A stretch of 64,000 nucleotides of DNA from Raillietiella orientalis (Eukaryota). Both the position numbers and the translations under genes were made by a program. Location of the stretch: the NCBI GenBank assembly GCA_036172245.1, contig JAYWIR010000008.1, positions 2,046,001 to 2,110,000 of the forward strand, written 5' to 3'. This document shows positions 37,901-50,700 of this stretch, piece after piece (within the stretch, counting starts at the first letter, position 1; each line of letters opens with the position of its first letter). The notes beneath the pieces were generated by a model. The model saw nothing but the letters and a program-made list of their open reading frames with translations, made no database searches and was not told the origin of the DNA.

Positions 37901-38384
37901 AGACCTGGAATGCCCTGCAGAACGGCAGGGAACATGAAGAGGAGGAGAGGGATGAGAGTCACCTCCACAGAATATCCAGGACGTGTAGTGAGGGTGCATT
38001 CTGGGTCACAGTCCAGGGACAACGGTGGGTGAGCCTCCGGCCTCATGACCAACCGGGGGAATCCGTGGCGTGTGTGAAAACCCCAAAGAGCACACCATCT
38101 TCACCACGTTGACTAGACAAATACTAATCGCTTAGATCGCAGGACTTTGCTCCATCCTGAATCCAGCATCCTTTTTTCTTTTTTTTGGTTCCCAAAGAGT
38201 GCTGAAGAACCGTTCGCCTCCTTGTGGGGGGGGGGGCTCACGAATCTCTTGAACGCTGTCCATGCCACCCAGAGGTGCGTGTGACTCTTTAAGTCATCCC
38301 GGAAGGGCACCACCCTATGAACCCATGAAGGCAGCTCCGGAGGAAGGAGTGCCTTCCTCTCAGGCCGCAGTAAAACTTCTACCC

Positions 38385-38900
38385 TTGTTGTCTCCGAAGG
38401 GAATCCCGATGGGAATCTCCATCCTTATTCTCTCCGGAGGGACGCCCTTAGGGGACTGCTCCATTTTTTCTTCTCCGAAGGGAACCCGCAAGGGAACTGC
38501 TCCTTTTCACTCCTCTGGAGAGAACTCCGAAAGGATGTTTCCCAATTTCTCAGAAGGGTCGCTCCCTGAAGGGATCGGCTCCTTTCTCTGCACTCTCTGG
38601 ATAGGTGACGACACACCTAATTCACGGAAAGTCCCTCCGGAATGAGGGGTCCGCTCCTTTGCACAAGCGGAGGGGAAGCTCCCCGCTTCTTGATTTCTGG
38701 AAGGACCGAAAGGCAGACTGCCATTGTCCTGACGCTCGTCGTGGACATCCGGTTCGCCAGTGCCGCACCCGGATGAGTGGAGGCCAACCAGAGTCATCTT
38801 GCGGGAGAAACTCGCACCCACGGCGCATTGAGTCGATTCGTTTCGGAGTATTCGAACCCGCGGCGCCTGGTGGTGCCACGCGCGGAGACCGCAGCAGACA
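38385..38900 (-). mobile_element. SINE copy (head, core, hairpin array)
   Basis: The reverse complement closely matches 10585-11100, e.g. ttgtgcaaaggagcggacc..attaggtgtgtcg.cacctatccagagagtgcagagaaa. B-box gggttcgaat at ~38850. Confidence 0.85.
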
Positions 38901-39298
38901 CAGAGCCTCCGATGAGGGCTCAACCATAGCCAAGGGCTTCCGACGGCCTTGCTTTTCTCAAACTTGAGTTTTGCGCGCTTTCCTTACACGTGTTGAGCTC
39001 TAAGGCGAACAGACCTCAAGTCCCGAGTCCTGTCGCTTTAGATCCCCGAGCTCAGAATGCCCTGCTTCCAGAATGCTTCGATTTCGGCACGCGTCCAGCT
39101 CTTCTTCCGAGCTTTGATGAGCTTCGGGGGAAGCTGCTGCTGGTGGTGGTTCAAGTAAAACTCTGATCGTGAGGACGCTCTTCTGGAACGAGCGTCACAC
39201 CTCGTTTCCTGGGTGCTTTGTGCGCCTGAAGCTCAGCTCGAACGCATCCTTCACGCGGTCGCGTGCCATTCGCTCTTGAATGCTCCGACAGTGCTGGC

Positions 39299-39880
39299 GG
39301 GCCCGCATTGAGCGGCCGTGTGGCTGCAGCCTCCGCGCGCCTGGCGCCAAGCGTTGCGGATTCGAATCCCTCCCGGGGGAAGGATCGACGTCTAGAAACG
39401 GAGGGTGCGACGTGGGTTTCGAGTCCACCCCGCAGGATGACGCTGGTTGACGCACGAGCTTCGGGTACGGCCTTGATGGAAACCCAATGTCCCCGTTAAC
39501 TGGCCGAGATCGGAAGTTGACCCTCCAGGTTCCTTCCAGGAATCAAGGCGCCCTTCCAGGTTCTCCTCCGGTTGACAGAATGGAGCCGTCCATCTCGTCC
39601 CATGGAGTTGGTGGATTGGTACCTCTCCAGAGTGTTAAGATAGGACTGTTCCCTTCAGGGAGCGGCTTTTCAAAGAAATTGGGAAGCGTCCCTTCGGGGT
39701 TCTCTTGGGAAAAGTAACAACAAGGAGCGGATCCTGGATTCATTAAGGGTACCTGGGAGGGGTACCCCCTATCTTGAAGAATTACATGCATCCTTGGGTG
39801 GCATGGAGCAACGTTGAAGAGCTGCGTGAGCCGCCAGGCGCGCGAAGGCTCTTGAGGTGATCGGCGAACCAAAAAAAAAA
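39299..39880 (+). mobile_element. SINE copy with head, shortened array and poly(A) tail
   Basis: gggcccgc..cggccgtgtggctgc head; ggattcgaatccc and gggtttcgagtcc boxes; 3' end tatctt.aagaattacatgca..gtgagccgc..cgcgaaggctcttg shared with 11201-11297; A10 at 39871-39880. Confidence 0.85.
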
Positions 39881-39949
39881 GGAAAGCGAGAAAGTGTCGT
39901 AAAGAATGGGTGGATGGATGGAGGGAGGAGGGAGGGAATTCACAGTCGC

Positions 39950-41100
39950 ATCCGAAGATGATGGCATCACTGAGCAATTTCGAATGGGAAGTGATCTCTG
40001 AAGGGCGCTCCGGATGGTAACCAGCACACCTCAGATTGCCTCAGGACACGGAAACGCCACACGGAATGTGCAGAGTGGGTCCCCTTCTGGATCCAGGAGG
40101 CGTTGAGGAACAAAATCAGGAAACTGTCTGCCATTTTGTGCAGCGCTTGCTCTCCCACACTTGAGCAGAACAGGCTTACCGAGGCAAATTCTAGAGACAG
40201 TGCAGCCATCCATCGGAACAATAACGTCCTCGAGATAAGAAGAACAGGAGAAAGGAGGTTGACTGGCAACTACTTCAGAGAGACTCTCTGAAGTGGTTGC
40301 AGGTCGGTTCGTGAGGAGCATCTCTGCAGACTCAGCCAATGGGCTGAAGACCCACTGGCTTCTCACGAAAATTTCCACCAGACTAAATACCGGACATAGT
40401 CAGGAGCAGCGGGACAGATAGATCAAAAAGTCGTTCATCTGGTGCATAAGCTAGCAGGTGACGAAGGTCACAGAGGGCAGAAGAAGAAGAAAAAAACATC
40501 GATGGGTGTTTTGGTAATCCTCTAAGAAAGGTGTACACGAGGGAGAAGCCACCACCAAGGATATCAAGTGACTCTTATTAGGAACAGAAGTCTGTACTTC
40601 CTCTCGTAGGGGAAGCTCTGACTCAAGCGTAGGAGAGCAGTTTCGACTCCCGGGCATCGAGACCTGGTCAGTAGGTCATTTTACGGGTGGAGGTGGAAAT
40701 CCGACGCTACCTTTCCCAAGAAATCAGAGGATCCACTTTCGGAAAGACCTGAAGTAAAAGCCCAGGAGCGGAATGAGTCGGCATCAGCAGAGGTGAGGAG
40801 GAGCTCCCAAGGTGGGTCTCGAGATGACTCCAGGATAACTCTGAGATTCAGAGATTTGTGCTTACCGAGGAGGTTCCAGGAAAACCTAGACGACTCACGA
40901 GTGTATATTCAAGGTGAGAGGATGGTACAGAGACAGACGAGATCAGGCGACGCGAGAGCAAAACTCGGTGAAGAAGCGAAAGCTCGTTGAAATAAGAAAC
41001 GGATGTTGCGGCTGTCTTCGCGTTTCCCTGGTCACGGGCTCCGATGCAAAGGAGGTTTAGGCAGAGGGAAGTGGTTGTTGCTTCTAGGCAGCAGGTTTTT
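39950..41100 (+). mobile_element. Degraded CR1-like LINE ORF2 fragment
   Basis: PFWIQEALRNKIRK, KSFIWC (PKxFxxY), KSPGAE (KSPGxD) and LTEEVPG (GxVP) in order. Confidence 0.35.
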
Positions 41101-41574
41101 GTAAACTCTCCCTTCATCCCCCCAACTGACGGGAAAAAGACCCTCTACTGGGAAAGGACGGGAAAAAGACCCTCTACAAGAGCAGGAGTAGCCACTGGGG
41201 GAGTGGCTAGCTGAAGATTCCTCGGCACCGACGAACACGCGCGGATCCACGCGGCTGCTGTGCCGGCGTGCTCCATCCTGCTTGTCCACTCTCTGGCGAA
41301 CCTGACGCGCCCAGAGAAGGCTGCTTGCTGGTGATGATGATGAACTGCTAGCCCCTGTCCAAGCTTCTCATTTCAGGCATTTTCGTGGCGACCCAGACTG
41401 CCACGAAAATGCTGCTGACCATGAATCCACGCTTAACTGTTCTCCGCTCCGTGTGTGAGAAAAATGAACCTTCACGTCTCTAAGGCAGTACTTTTATGAC
41501 TGTTCATATTTTAATTAATCAGTTCGAATTTTAAATAATCAATTAAAATATAAACTATCATTAACTATCACGGC

Positions 41575-41690
41575 TGTAAATATATATATGTGTGTATGTG
41601 TGTGTGTGTATATATATACTGTCATATTTATATATATATATAAGCATTACAGTTATAATATCTAAATATTTAAACCATTTATATAATAAC

Positions 41691-41725
<35 letters not shown>
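41575..41725. repeat. Compound (TA)n/(TG)n microsatellite region
   Basis: Direct observation of tatatatatg-tgtgtatgtgtgtgtgtg and two further (TA)n runs. Confidence 0.95.
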
Positions 41726-41727
<2 letters not shown>

Positions 41728-42169
41728 GGATTCAAATAGATACAATAGCATATGGTTGAATATGCATGTGCGTACTTCATGTGTACATACCTATATTATG
41801 CACTTGAAGAAACTTGAAGAGCTGTTATTTTGTCTTTTCGCCCCCCTCCTCCCGATTATCTCCGATTGTGTTGCTGCTGATCAAAAGCAATAAAAAGATT
41901 CTAAAAGTATCCTCTGCCGCTTCCTGCGATAGCTCTCCTCTGTCCTGTACTCATGAGAAGATGAGGCAGGGTACGGAAAGATGTGAACGTTTACGTGACG
42001 ACGCTTTGTATACGATAGGCATTCCTTGCAACCCATCTGTTTACGCAGACAGATTGATTTCGTTCGATGCACACTCGGGCCGTCAGTTCGACGCTCCTCT
42101 TGGAGTTTCCTGATCGATCTCAGTTTTGAAAAAGAAGCGTGAACTTGCACAACCGCTGATCGGCAAGCA

Positions 42170-42375
42170 AGTCTTCGCCCTCCTCCTCTCTATCTTCCTC
42201 CATCCCTTTCCTCCTCCCTTGCTTCCTTCCCCCTTCTTCTCCGTCCTTTGTTCCTTCCTCTTCTCCTTCTCCCTTCCTTCCATCTCCTCTTTCCTTCTTT
42301 CATTCTCCTCCTATTTCATTCCTCCTCATCCTCAATTCCACTTCTTCCCTTCTAACTCCTCCGCCTCCCTACTCG
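42170..42375. repeat. Polypyrimidine/polypurine low-complexity tract
   Basis: About 200 nt composed almost entirely of C and T (tcctcctctctatcttcctc..ttctccttctcccttccttcc). Confidence 0.9.
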
Positions 42376-42999
42376 CTCCCGGACTCGTCGCACGCCAACG
42401 ACCACGTTCCCGCAGGGAGAGAGGGAACTTCACTGGTTTGAAACAACTCGAAGCGTCCCAATCCCTTAGCGACGAATCCCCATCATCCCGCATCCCCATC
42501 ATCTCTTGCTTTCATCCGGAAGAATGGCGGCTTCGGAAGGAGTCCGTTGGACAAATTTGAGAATTGAATTTTTCGTCAAATTGATACGTTTTGGACAACC
42601 GGAAGTCACTGAGGTTCGTGAACGCAATCTGCTACCATGGATTTCTCAATAAATGCCTCAGTCCCGGGACAAAAACAGTTTTCTCAGAAGAAAAGACACG
42701 AAGGCACGTTTGGTCCCGACAGAAGGCATTAAAAAAATAGAAGCACGAAACAATCCAATCACGAGCTAAGGGAGCCCCAAATCTGTTGGCTCCTTTTTGC
42801 TGAGCGGAGCCAGGCATCAGCTTGGATGGTAGCTAGGAAACGTCGATTCGAGGACCGCGCGGATAACGACGCGGGAGAGAGACTTGAATTCACTGCTTGA
42901 TTCCGACCCCATTCTCACTCCAAACCCCACAGTGCTACAAGAGGCCCCCCACTCGCACCCTCTTTTGCGTTTCCTGAACTCGTGAAACGTCAACAAATG

Positions 43000-44280
43000 A
43001 TTCTGCAGATTTCACAGGCACCCGACACGTTGACCACTTACCTCGGTGACATTCAACGAAGTATTCAGGGTAGCTTGGGGGCATGTTTCCCGGAGGTACA
43101 GCTTCGACGTCGCCAACGCTAAGAATTGAATCTCAAGGACCAAGTGAGGCAGACGAGACATGTTCGTGACAAATGCACACACGGCCATTCTTCGCCATTT
43201 ATATGGAATTTTGGAACCGGTCATTGCCCAGGTCAGTTTCGGTTTATGGGATCTCCTTCCTCTCCAATCTCTGTCAGGTAGGATGTTCCGTGGACACACG
43301 GCAGCCTTCACCACCGCTGGTCACCGCAAATACATCTCATCGGTCATGGGGGCAGTTCATCCGATTCAAGGGACAGATGCCCGCGCTGGTTCCACTCAGG
43401 AGACCTCAAAATCGAATGAGGAATTCGAATGAGGTCAAGAGTCGTGGCGGCCCAGCTCGAAGGATCGAGATGCCTTAGTTGAGCGGCAGACGATGGGAGG
43501 CAGCCAAACCCATCCTGAGGGATCCCGGATTAGTTCCTGTTGCAGCACCTCTGTTGCCCTCCGCCGCCTGACACGCTGGAAACGACGTGCACTCTTTACC
43601 TGAAGCGTCTCCACTTAAGGAAATGCTCCAGCTAAGAGAGATATTCGAGCTGGAATCCTTCGAGCGGTGGTGCCGTTCCTCAGGCGTCGTGTCCCCCCCA
43701 GTCATCCTCCATTTTGGCTCCATCTCGCGGAAGGCTCTCGGCCGGCTGTGGCTCTGCTACCTGCGTTCTGGAAACGCTTCTATGCGAGTTCCAAGAGAGA
43801 TCTCGCTGCTGTAGCACGTAAAAGACATCCTGCTTCTCCAGTGATTTGCAGAGAACCTGCCTCGAGCAGCTGAACGCTTCGGTGCTCGAAGTCTATGCGT
43901 CTTCGAGACATTGCTAAACACTCCTTATAAGTATGTTTACAGCTTCCTGTAGAAATCGCGCACCATGCACCTCTCCCTGATCTCTTTCATGATTCCAGGG
44001 ATATGATGATGGGAAAACATCCCTTGCTCGAAGGGATCTTTGATTTCGACGCATTTCTGGTTGTCAAGGAATGTGTTTGACCGGGTTCTTCCTCGCGCGC
44101 ACGCATTTTTCGGTATGCGTGAGAGGTGGCACGAGCAAACTCGCAGCAGACCGCAGCATCCGTTTGAGAGATCTCCTCGCACAGCTCGATGATTTTTTTC
44201 TCTACCTTCTGCAACGGCTCCTTCCATGTTTTGCTTCCTACGTCCGGTTCTGCCTGCATAACCCCCAGATGCACTCGGGC
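43000..44280 (-). mobile_element. Degraded RTE-clade LINE RT
   Basis: QAEPDVGSKTWKEPLQKVEKKIIELCEEISQT (KAxGxD..E..l..l..iw), PFEQGMF (eQxGF), KEIRERCM and KWRRMAVCAF (RIxMAxxAF), collinear. Confidence 0.45.
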
Positions 44281-46329
44281 TCTTTGGCTTCCCTACAGTT
44301 GAGAACAGGGCCGCGTCTGAACATCCAGTAGCAAGCGGAGGGAGGATCCGTCTGCATCTCCTCCTCCGAGCCTAAAACCTACGCCATCCCATATGAGGGA
44401 TCCGTAAATTTCCCATGAGCATCTCGCAAATCCAAACCAGCCTCCGGATGAGTGGGTGTAAGGAATAAGCATCAGATCCGAGTGGGTTTCGGTTCTTGGC
44501 AGGCCCCCTGGCATCCCGGTCGATGGCAGGGAGATGTCCTGTCGCTGCAAGGTTCCTTCATCCCACCACGAAAACAAAACAATGCACGTAAAGACGAAAA
44601 CAAATCCAGGAAAGGCTGGGCTCTCCTGGAACCTTTGCAGGCAGGCTCCCTTGGATGGAGGACACCACTGCCCCCCACTTTACCCTGACTTGTGCAATCT
44701 GGCATGCATTTCCTGATAGCATACACAAAATCAGCCTGCAATGACAAAATTCTCTTTGAAGAGCACATCACTGATGTCTCCATTAATCTAAAACTACCAG
44801 GATCTCGTGTCAAAACCCTCGCCCACTGCTTTTATGGAGCACCAGACTTGGTGTCTGTCTCCACCGATCAAGAAGAAACAAATCATTTGCAAACGAATAA
44901 AGTTCTCCATTAAAGGAATGAGGTGAATTGCGCTAATGATAGACTGTGATGTTATTTCTGACGAAAACAAATCAGCCCCAAAACACCTTTGTAAAAAGCA
45001 TGAAATCTGGAGGACTTCTTAGCTTCAACGAAGGCAAATCCCGCCTACTCAGCTTTCCTTTGGGACGATTCTCTTCATAGCTCTCTTACCTTCCTATTCA
45101 TCCAGAATCTGTCTTTCTGTCGAGATACCTGTGTCGATAGGAAAACGTTGTTTTTTTCCGGTGTTCCTGGAGCCCCTTGCGCATCATTTTTTAAGAGCAC
45201 TTCCCATAGCTTTGCCTTTTCCTTGTATGACCATCCGGAAACCATCAGAGAGTACTCCCTTCAAGAGTCAAAGTTGTTCTTTGTGTCAAACAGTGCCCTC
45301 CCATTAAAAAGAGGATACAAACATGCTGAAGAACCAATATTCCTGATCGTATCCTGATCGTAGCTGGTGAAGCACCATGGACGGGTGAGTTGGCTAGAGA
45401 ATCGATGCTCCATAGAGCTGCCCAGAGCTTTTTTTGTTTTCTTTTTTCTTTGTGTTTGTGGATCCACTTTTAAACTTGCAATCTGCTTACTCACCTTGAA
45501 CCCCCCTGATGTAAAGGTGGACTGTTTAACACACTTAGAACTAAACAAGGAAAATGCATCTTGAATAAGTTTTGGGAATACAAAGGGATTCACGATTACA
45601 CAGGATGCTGGGAGAGCTATAAGTTAAAGGCACGTGTCCTAAGAGTTCTTAAGTTCGTGGACTTGCTTACTGAACTTTTTTCGTCTCCTCAGTTTCGAAT
45701 GCAATGTTGCTAATTTAAGTGCTGCTCTGCTGAAAAGCCAGTTTAGTAAATGGGAAAAGTAAACATGTTTGGGACGAGCCCCGAAAGTTCTCTTCCACTT
45801 CACGTGAGTGGACTTTTCTCGATGGAAGTGGACGGGAAGGAAGGGGGGGGGGGGCCTGCCGTCTCGTGTGCGGTGAGTTTGCGTGGGGCCGAGGCGCTCC
45901 ACCTCGAAGCACGGAGCTCAGAAGTCCGACCGGTGAGAAACGGGAAACAGGAAGTGCGTAGCTCGGGACGAACTCCGGCAACCCTGCAGCAGCGACCGGC
46001 GACGGAGACCTCGGGCTGGAAACCACCTGTCGCCTGCGCAAGCGACGCAATCAGCGAAAAACACCTTGGCGCAGCAACCCTGACCGGAAACGGGAGTTTA
46101 CTGGAGTGGGCCTCGCAATAGCTGCTCAGGTTTTGAGCCCGGAGGACAATTTGTGGGGACAAGTTCTCTTGTCCCGCCGAACCGCATCCGGAAGAATGGG
46201 AGACCAATTCGATCGGCTGCGCATTTCAGGAGTGCAGAATTTTGCTTTCCTCTCTTTTGCTACTGGCCGGACCGCCGACAGCGTGGTGCTCCGCTGTCTG
46301 CATTTGGGCCATCCAGAATCTTTGCTCGC

Positions 46330-47540
46330 GAGACAAAAGCGGCCCGCGGAGAACTGGAACTTGCAGAACTGGAACGCGAATTTCCTCAAATCTCCAGAGA
46401 TAAAAACTATTCAAATCTTCCATTTGCTCGTGTCTTCTGCATGCTCTGGAAAACCAACTCCTCACAGGAAAGGAAACCAATTTACTGAGCATCTGGCTAA
46501 TTGAGTTAGATGGTATCATGATTCCACGAGTGGTGCTTTCAAGAGAATTCTCTAAATATGCTGCGAGACAAGAAAACTGTCGCGAATTTCCGGCCAGATA
46601 CTTCTATCGGAGAAGTGGGCGAGGAAATTCCAGGATTGGCTTCGGCATATTCGTGGTGCTGCCGTGCGGAAAAGACTTCTGAAAGGTCGCGGAACTTGTA
46701 AGACCAAGACTTCCCATTTGGCAAACTGGCCTGTGAAGCTTAAACATTGAGCTCCGTCTATGAAACAATCTCTTGTAACGTTACGGAAGGAGGAACTGAA
46801 ATCCAGTAGCCTAAATTTGGAAAGTTTAGCGTACCTCCACTTATCGTACACCAAGAGAATCGTTGTGGCTAAAGCATAACCATCCATTCGGTACTGTCCG
46901 TGGCGACCAACTGCGTGAATTCCATGAAGAGCCGTGGTCTTAGTTGCCGTCAAATAGGCGACTCTTATCTAAACTGTGGACAGAAAATGGGATCTTTATC
47001 ATCATTTCACCTCAAATGGGCCGGTAAACGGTAGAGCTGTCAGATAATTCAGGGAAGAGAACCAGAGAACCTGTTTATGGATGTGAAAAGCGCCTGAAAT
47101 GGACAGGAATCATTATCTGTATGATTCATTGGGGCATCTCTCGTAGATGTCGCCTCTTCAGCAGAGCTGAACACCAAACTTGAAGAGCTGTGGATCAACT
47201 CTCACCATCTGATTATCGCTACCTCTGCAAACAAAAGCTAAACTGTGAGAAATGCGGCTCCCTCATAAAGAATCGACGCATCTCTCCAGCTACTAACAGA
47301 GAATCCGGCATCCAGAGTGGAATATGGGAATGGATGTCCAAAAATTATGGAATTAGTTGAAAGCGCGTCTGGAGTGTTTCATGAAATGAAGATGGAGCTG
47401 CAATTATTTTCTGCTCAGTTCTGCGAACGAGCAGAGAGATCTCCTTCGAATGTTCATCTCGAGTTGGTGGGTTTCCACGCCAACGCTCCATTTCAGGACT
47501 CAGTTCAGTTCACTTCTATTCAACTGCCTTGAACGTTTGT
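46330..47540 (+). mobile_element. Degraded RTE-clade LINE RT
   Basis: ANFLKSPEIKTIQIFHLLV, DKKTVANFRP (NYRP), DQDFPFGK (QxGFRxGR), KFSVPPLIV (kfGvP) and VESASGVFHEMK (kAxxaF), in order. Confidence 0.5.
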
Positions 47541-48129
47541 CCTCTGTATGGAGCTACATATCGGTGCGTGTCGGGCCTGACTACTGCAAAATGTGAAGTT
47601 TGGAGTCGGGTCACAGATGAAATGTTGATGACCAGCTTCGCATTTCCGATTCACGACACCGTGCTGACATAAACAAGCTCGCATCAGTGACACACATGCA
47701 GACATGCCATTAAGATACATTCTTAATCAGACAAATGGTAAACAGAATTCTTAATCAATTAATAAGAATAAATGCTTCGTATCATTTCTTTGCTTGGTTT
47801 GTTACGGGCAGCAGCTACACTACAGAGAGAGTTGAATGATGCCGTAAACATGTATAATAAATTTCAATTATTTTTTTTCTTAAATATTCTTGCACTCATA
47901 AGAAGAGCTGAACTTTGCACAGCAAGATAGAAAAATAAGGCACTGAATCCAATTGATCGAAGCCGACTGTGAACAGAAAGATGTAATAAATCTCAAGATT
48001 TGATCAAACTGAAAAATAATTGATTAACAAGGTATTCTTTGGAATCTTGACCTTTTTATTTCCTTTCTATAGCCGTTTTGTTCCATGCCCTATGGATGAA
48101 ATTGTTGTCTAACAAGAGAATTTTTCTTC

Positions 48130-48830
48130 CAGATGCATCTTCAACACGGAGAACTCGATGAAGGCAACGAACCCAACAGCTGGACTGGTGAAATTGGAGG
48201 GCACTTATGTAAAATGAAAACAAATGGATACATAAAGGGATTGCCTACTATCGGTTATCGAGTTGCGAAACTGGAATTCTTCATACACAGAATTGTGGCC
48301 GCAGCACATTTCTTGAACGGGCGTGCAGCCAGCCCTCTGCAACGCAAAGGCTGCCGTAACTTGATGGATAACTCCCATCTTCCTGAAACAAGGACATATC
48401 TTGGAGAATCCGTTACGGAATAACTATGGAATATCTGGATGGATGCGCGAAGAATCCATTCTTCCCCTTCACTGGTGCGCGCAGCGACCCCATGGGGGCT
48501 GAAGGCTCTAACAAGATCTCCATGAAAGCGGAGCAAGTGTCCACGTAGCAATACAAACAGGGAGCACTGCCGTTACATCTTAGAAGATCTGAAAAGAAAT
48601 GTGCCTGCAACTGTGTGGGTATGGACACATGGGAATTAATCTCAACGGCAAAAGCTGAAGACGATGAACAAAAAGGAGCTGAAGGAAGAGAGCATTGGAG
48701 AGAGAGGCACGAACATGGGCACTACAAAAGGAGGAAACACGAAAGGCACCACAATGGGGAGCAATGGATGGAGTCTGCATACTGCAGATGGAACGTGGAA
48801 AAACATATACGCATAAAAGTCCCTAAAAAC
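48130..48830 (+). mobile_element. RTE-like LINE C-terminal RT remnant
   Basis: TYLGESVT (YLGS) and VGMDTWEL (YGxETW) motifs. Confidence 0.4.
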
Positions 48831-49649
48831 GAATGAATAAATAAATAAAAGACTTCACCAGAGAGGAACACCGTAGCTTGGGATACGAATAAGTATGATC
48901 TCGTACTTCCCCACGATTCCGCTCAGTATCTAAGGAACCGCAAAACACGGAAGCCAAAAGGCTATCGAGGGAACTGTTGGAACCATTCACCTGACATCGA
49001 GCAGAGTTCCCTTATGCATGCGTTGGAGGGCAAGACTGAGAAGCACGGAAACCACGCAAGGAAAAGGCAGCCTTTGAGCAAAAGGGCGGTAGCAAAGGGA
49101 AGGACTCTGCGCACAGACGCATCAGGCAGGACAAACCGTCCACAGTGAGTGTGCAGCCAATGGGCCAAACGGACCTCATTGCAGACAGCTCACAGCTGTT
49201 CAGACAGACGTCGATAACAGAGCTATCGCAAGAAACGCGCATCCACCTGAGCATGCGGTGAGGGGGAAGTCGAAGAGAGCCATGGATCTCAATGTCTCTC
49301 CGCATAGTCAGAAACGTTAAGGGGACGACGAGGTCAGCTAAAACCGGGAACGAAAAGTCCTGCCCGAAAAGACAGCTTCCGATAATAAAGGCAGAGAACG
49401 CGAGTCCGGGTGAAACGGTAGGAAAAGATGGAGATGATGTCTCCGTGACCCCGCACAGCAAAGCAACCAACGCATTCTACGGGAAGAACTCTTCCCCGTG
49501 AGCTTGGATGCAAACAATCCGCAGATCACACACGATCATCCACGATCACACAGGTGCATTTCATCATCTCTTGGCCAGTAATGAGAGTAATGAGGAACCG
49601 TAAGGATTACCCGCATCACCGAATTCGAACGTGTAAAAGCAGGCTCACC

Positions 49650-50700
49650 CAGGCAACGGACTGACTGTTTCCATGCCAATAGAAGAGCTCGCCTGGATCC
49701 AGACATTTGCCGGAATCGACACCGTTTCTCTGCGTATCACTCGCGCAGCCACGGCACACGGGCTTCCAGGTTTTTTGGTGGGTCATCGATGCGCATCGGA
49801 TAGGTGCACGGCCGACCGATCGACCTTCCATTTCCTGGAGTGCACCACGAAAGATAACACCCGACGGAGAAGCAAAAAGAGGCCTTGTACACCGACCTCC
49901 AACCTCGGAACGTAGCTATTCGGGGTAATCTGAAAGGCTACATTGAAGGGTCATTCAGATGGCACCTTCTGAAGTCTCTCAAAACTACTCTACCACGACT
50001 CTACCACGCACCGATCCGAGACTTCTGGTAAGCAGCGTGGCAGTGGTAGGCGGAAGGTCCCAATGCGAGTCGAGGACAGGAAGAGCGCAATCGAAGGAAC
50101 CAGCGATTTCTCGGGGTTCGCCTCGAGGGTCCGAACCTGCATCCTGGCGTTCGGCACTAGGAATTTTCGCTGCTTCTTCCGGTCTTCTCGGTAGAATCTT
50201 CGGCGTTGTGAGAGGCGAAAGGTATTTTTGGCGTTTCGAATGCATGTGCTGCGTTTTTGGAGATGCATCCGGGAGATCCTCTTGCTATGCTGGATGTTGA
50301 ACGACACCACCACCTCGCTTTGATCTTGCTGGGCTGGTTGTGTATATGACCTGGAATTTCCAGCTCTTCAAGAACGTCGTTCTTATTGAGATTCCAAGAT
50401 CTCAATGACCAGAGCGACAGCCACGCGAAGTGACTCGCAGGTTCCTGAGAACGGAGGAGAAATCGCTCAATCCCCACATTTTCCGTTTTTTCCTTTCGTT
50501 CTTCTTCTCGAAGACTGCCTATGTGATTTCGAATGGACAGAGTGCGTTGAACACCATGACGGGGTTCGCTGTTCTAAGGACGAGGTCAGGTCGCAGCGAC
50601 GGCTACTCAGTGCGTATCATTTGGCTGCTGGCCAGAATCTCGCATCATCCGTGCCTTCTCTCCCTGATGCGAGAGATTTATTTGCTATGCCTCCCGATGC
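49650..50700 (-). mobile_element. RTE-like LINE 3' remnant
   Basis: LNKNDVLEELEIPGHI..NAAHAFE and MEGRSVGRAPIR (EGxRxRGRP) in order. Confidence 0.3.

Noticed and set aside
41377..41412. Helitron 3' terminal hairpin
   Set aside because: The 13-bp stem is real, but no CTRR terminus at the usual short distance and no Rep/helicase remnant was seen.
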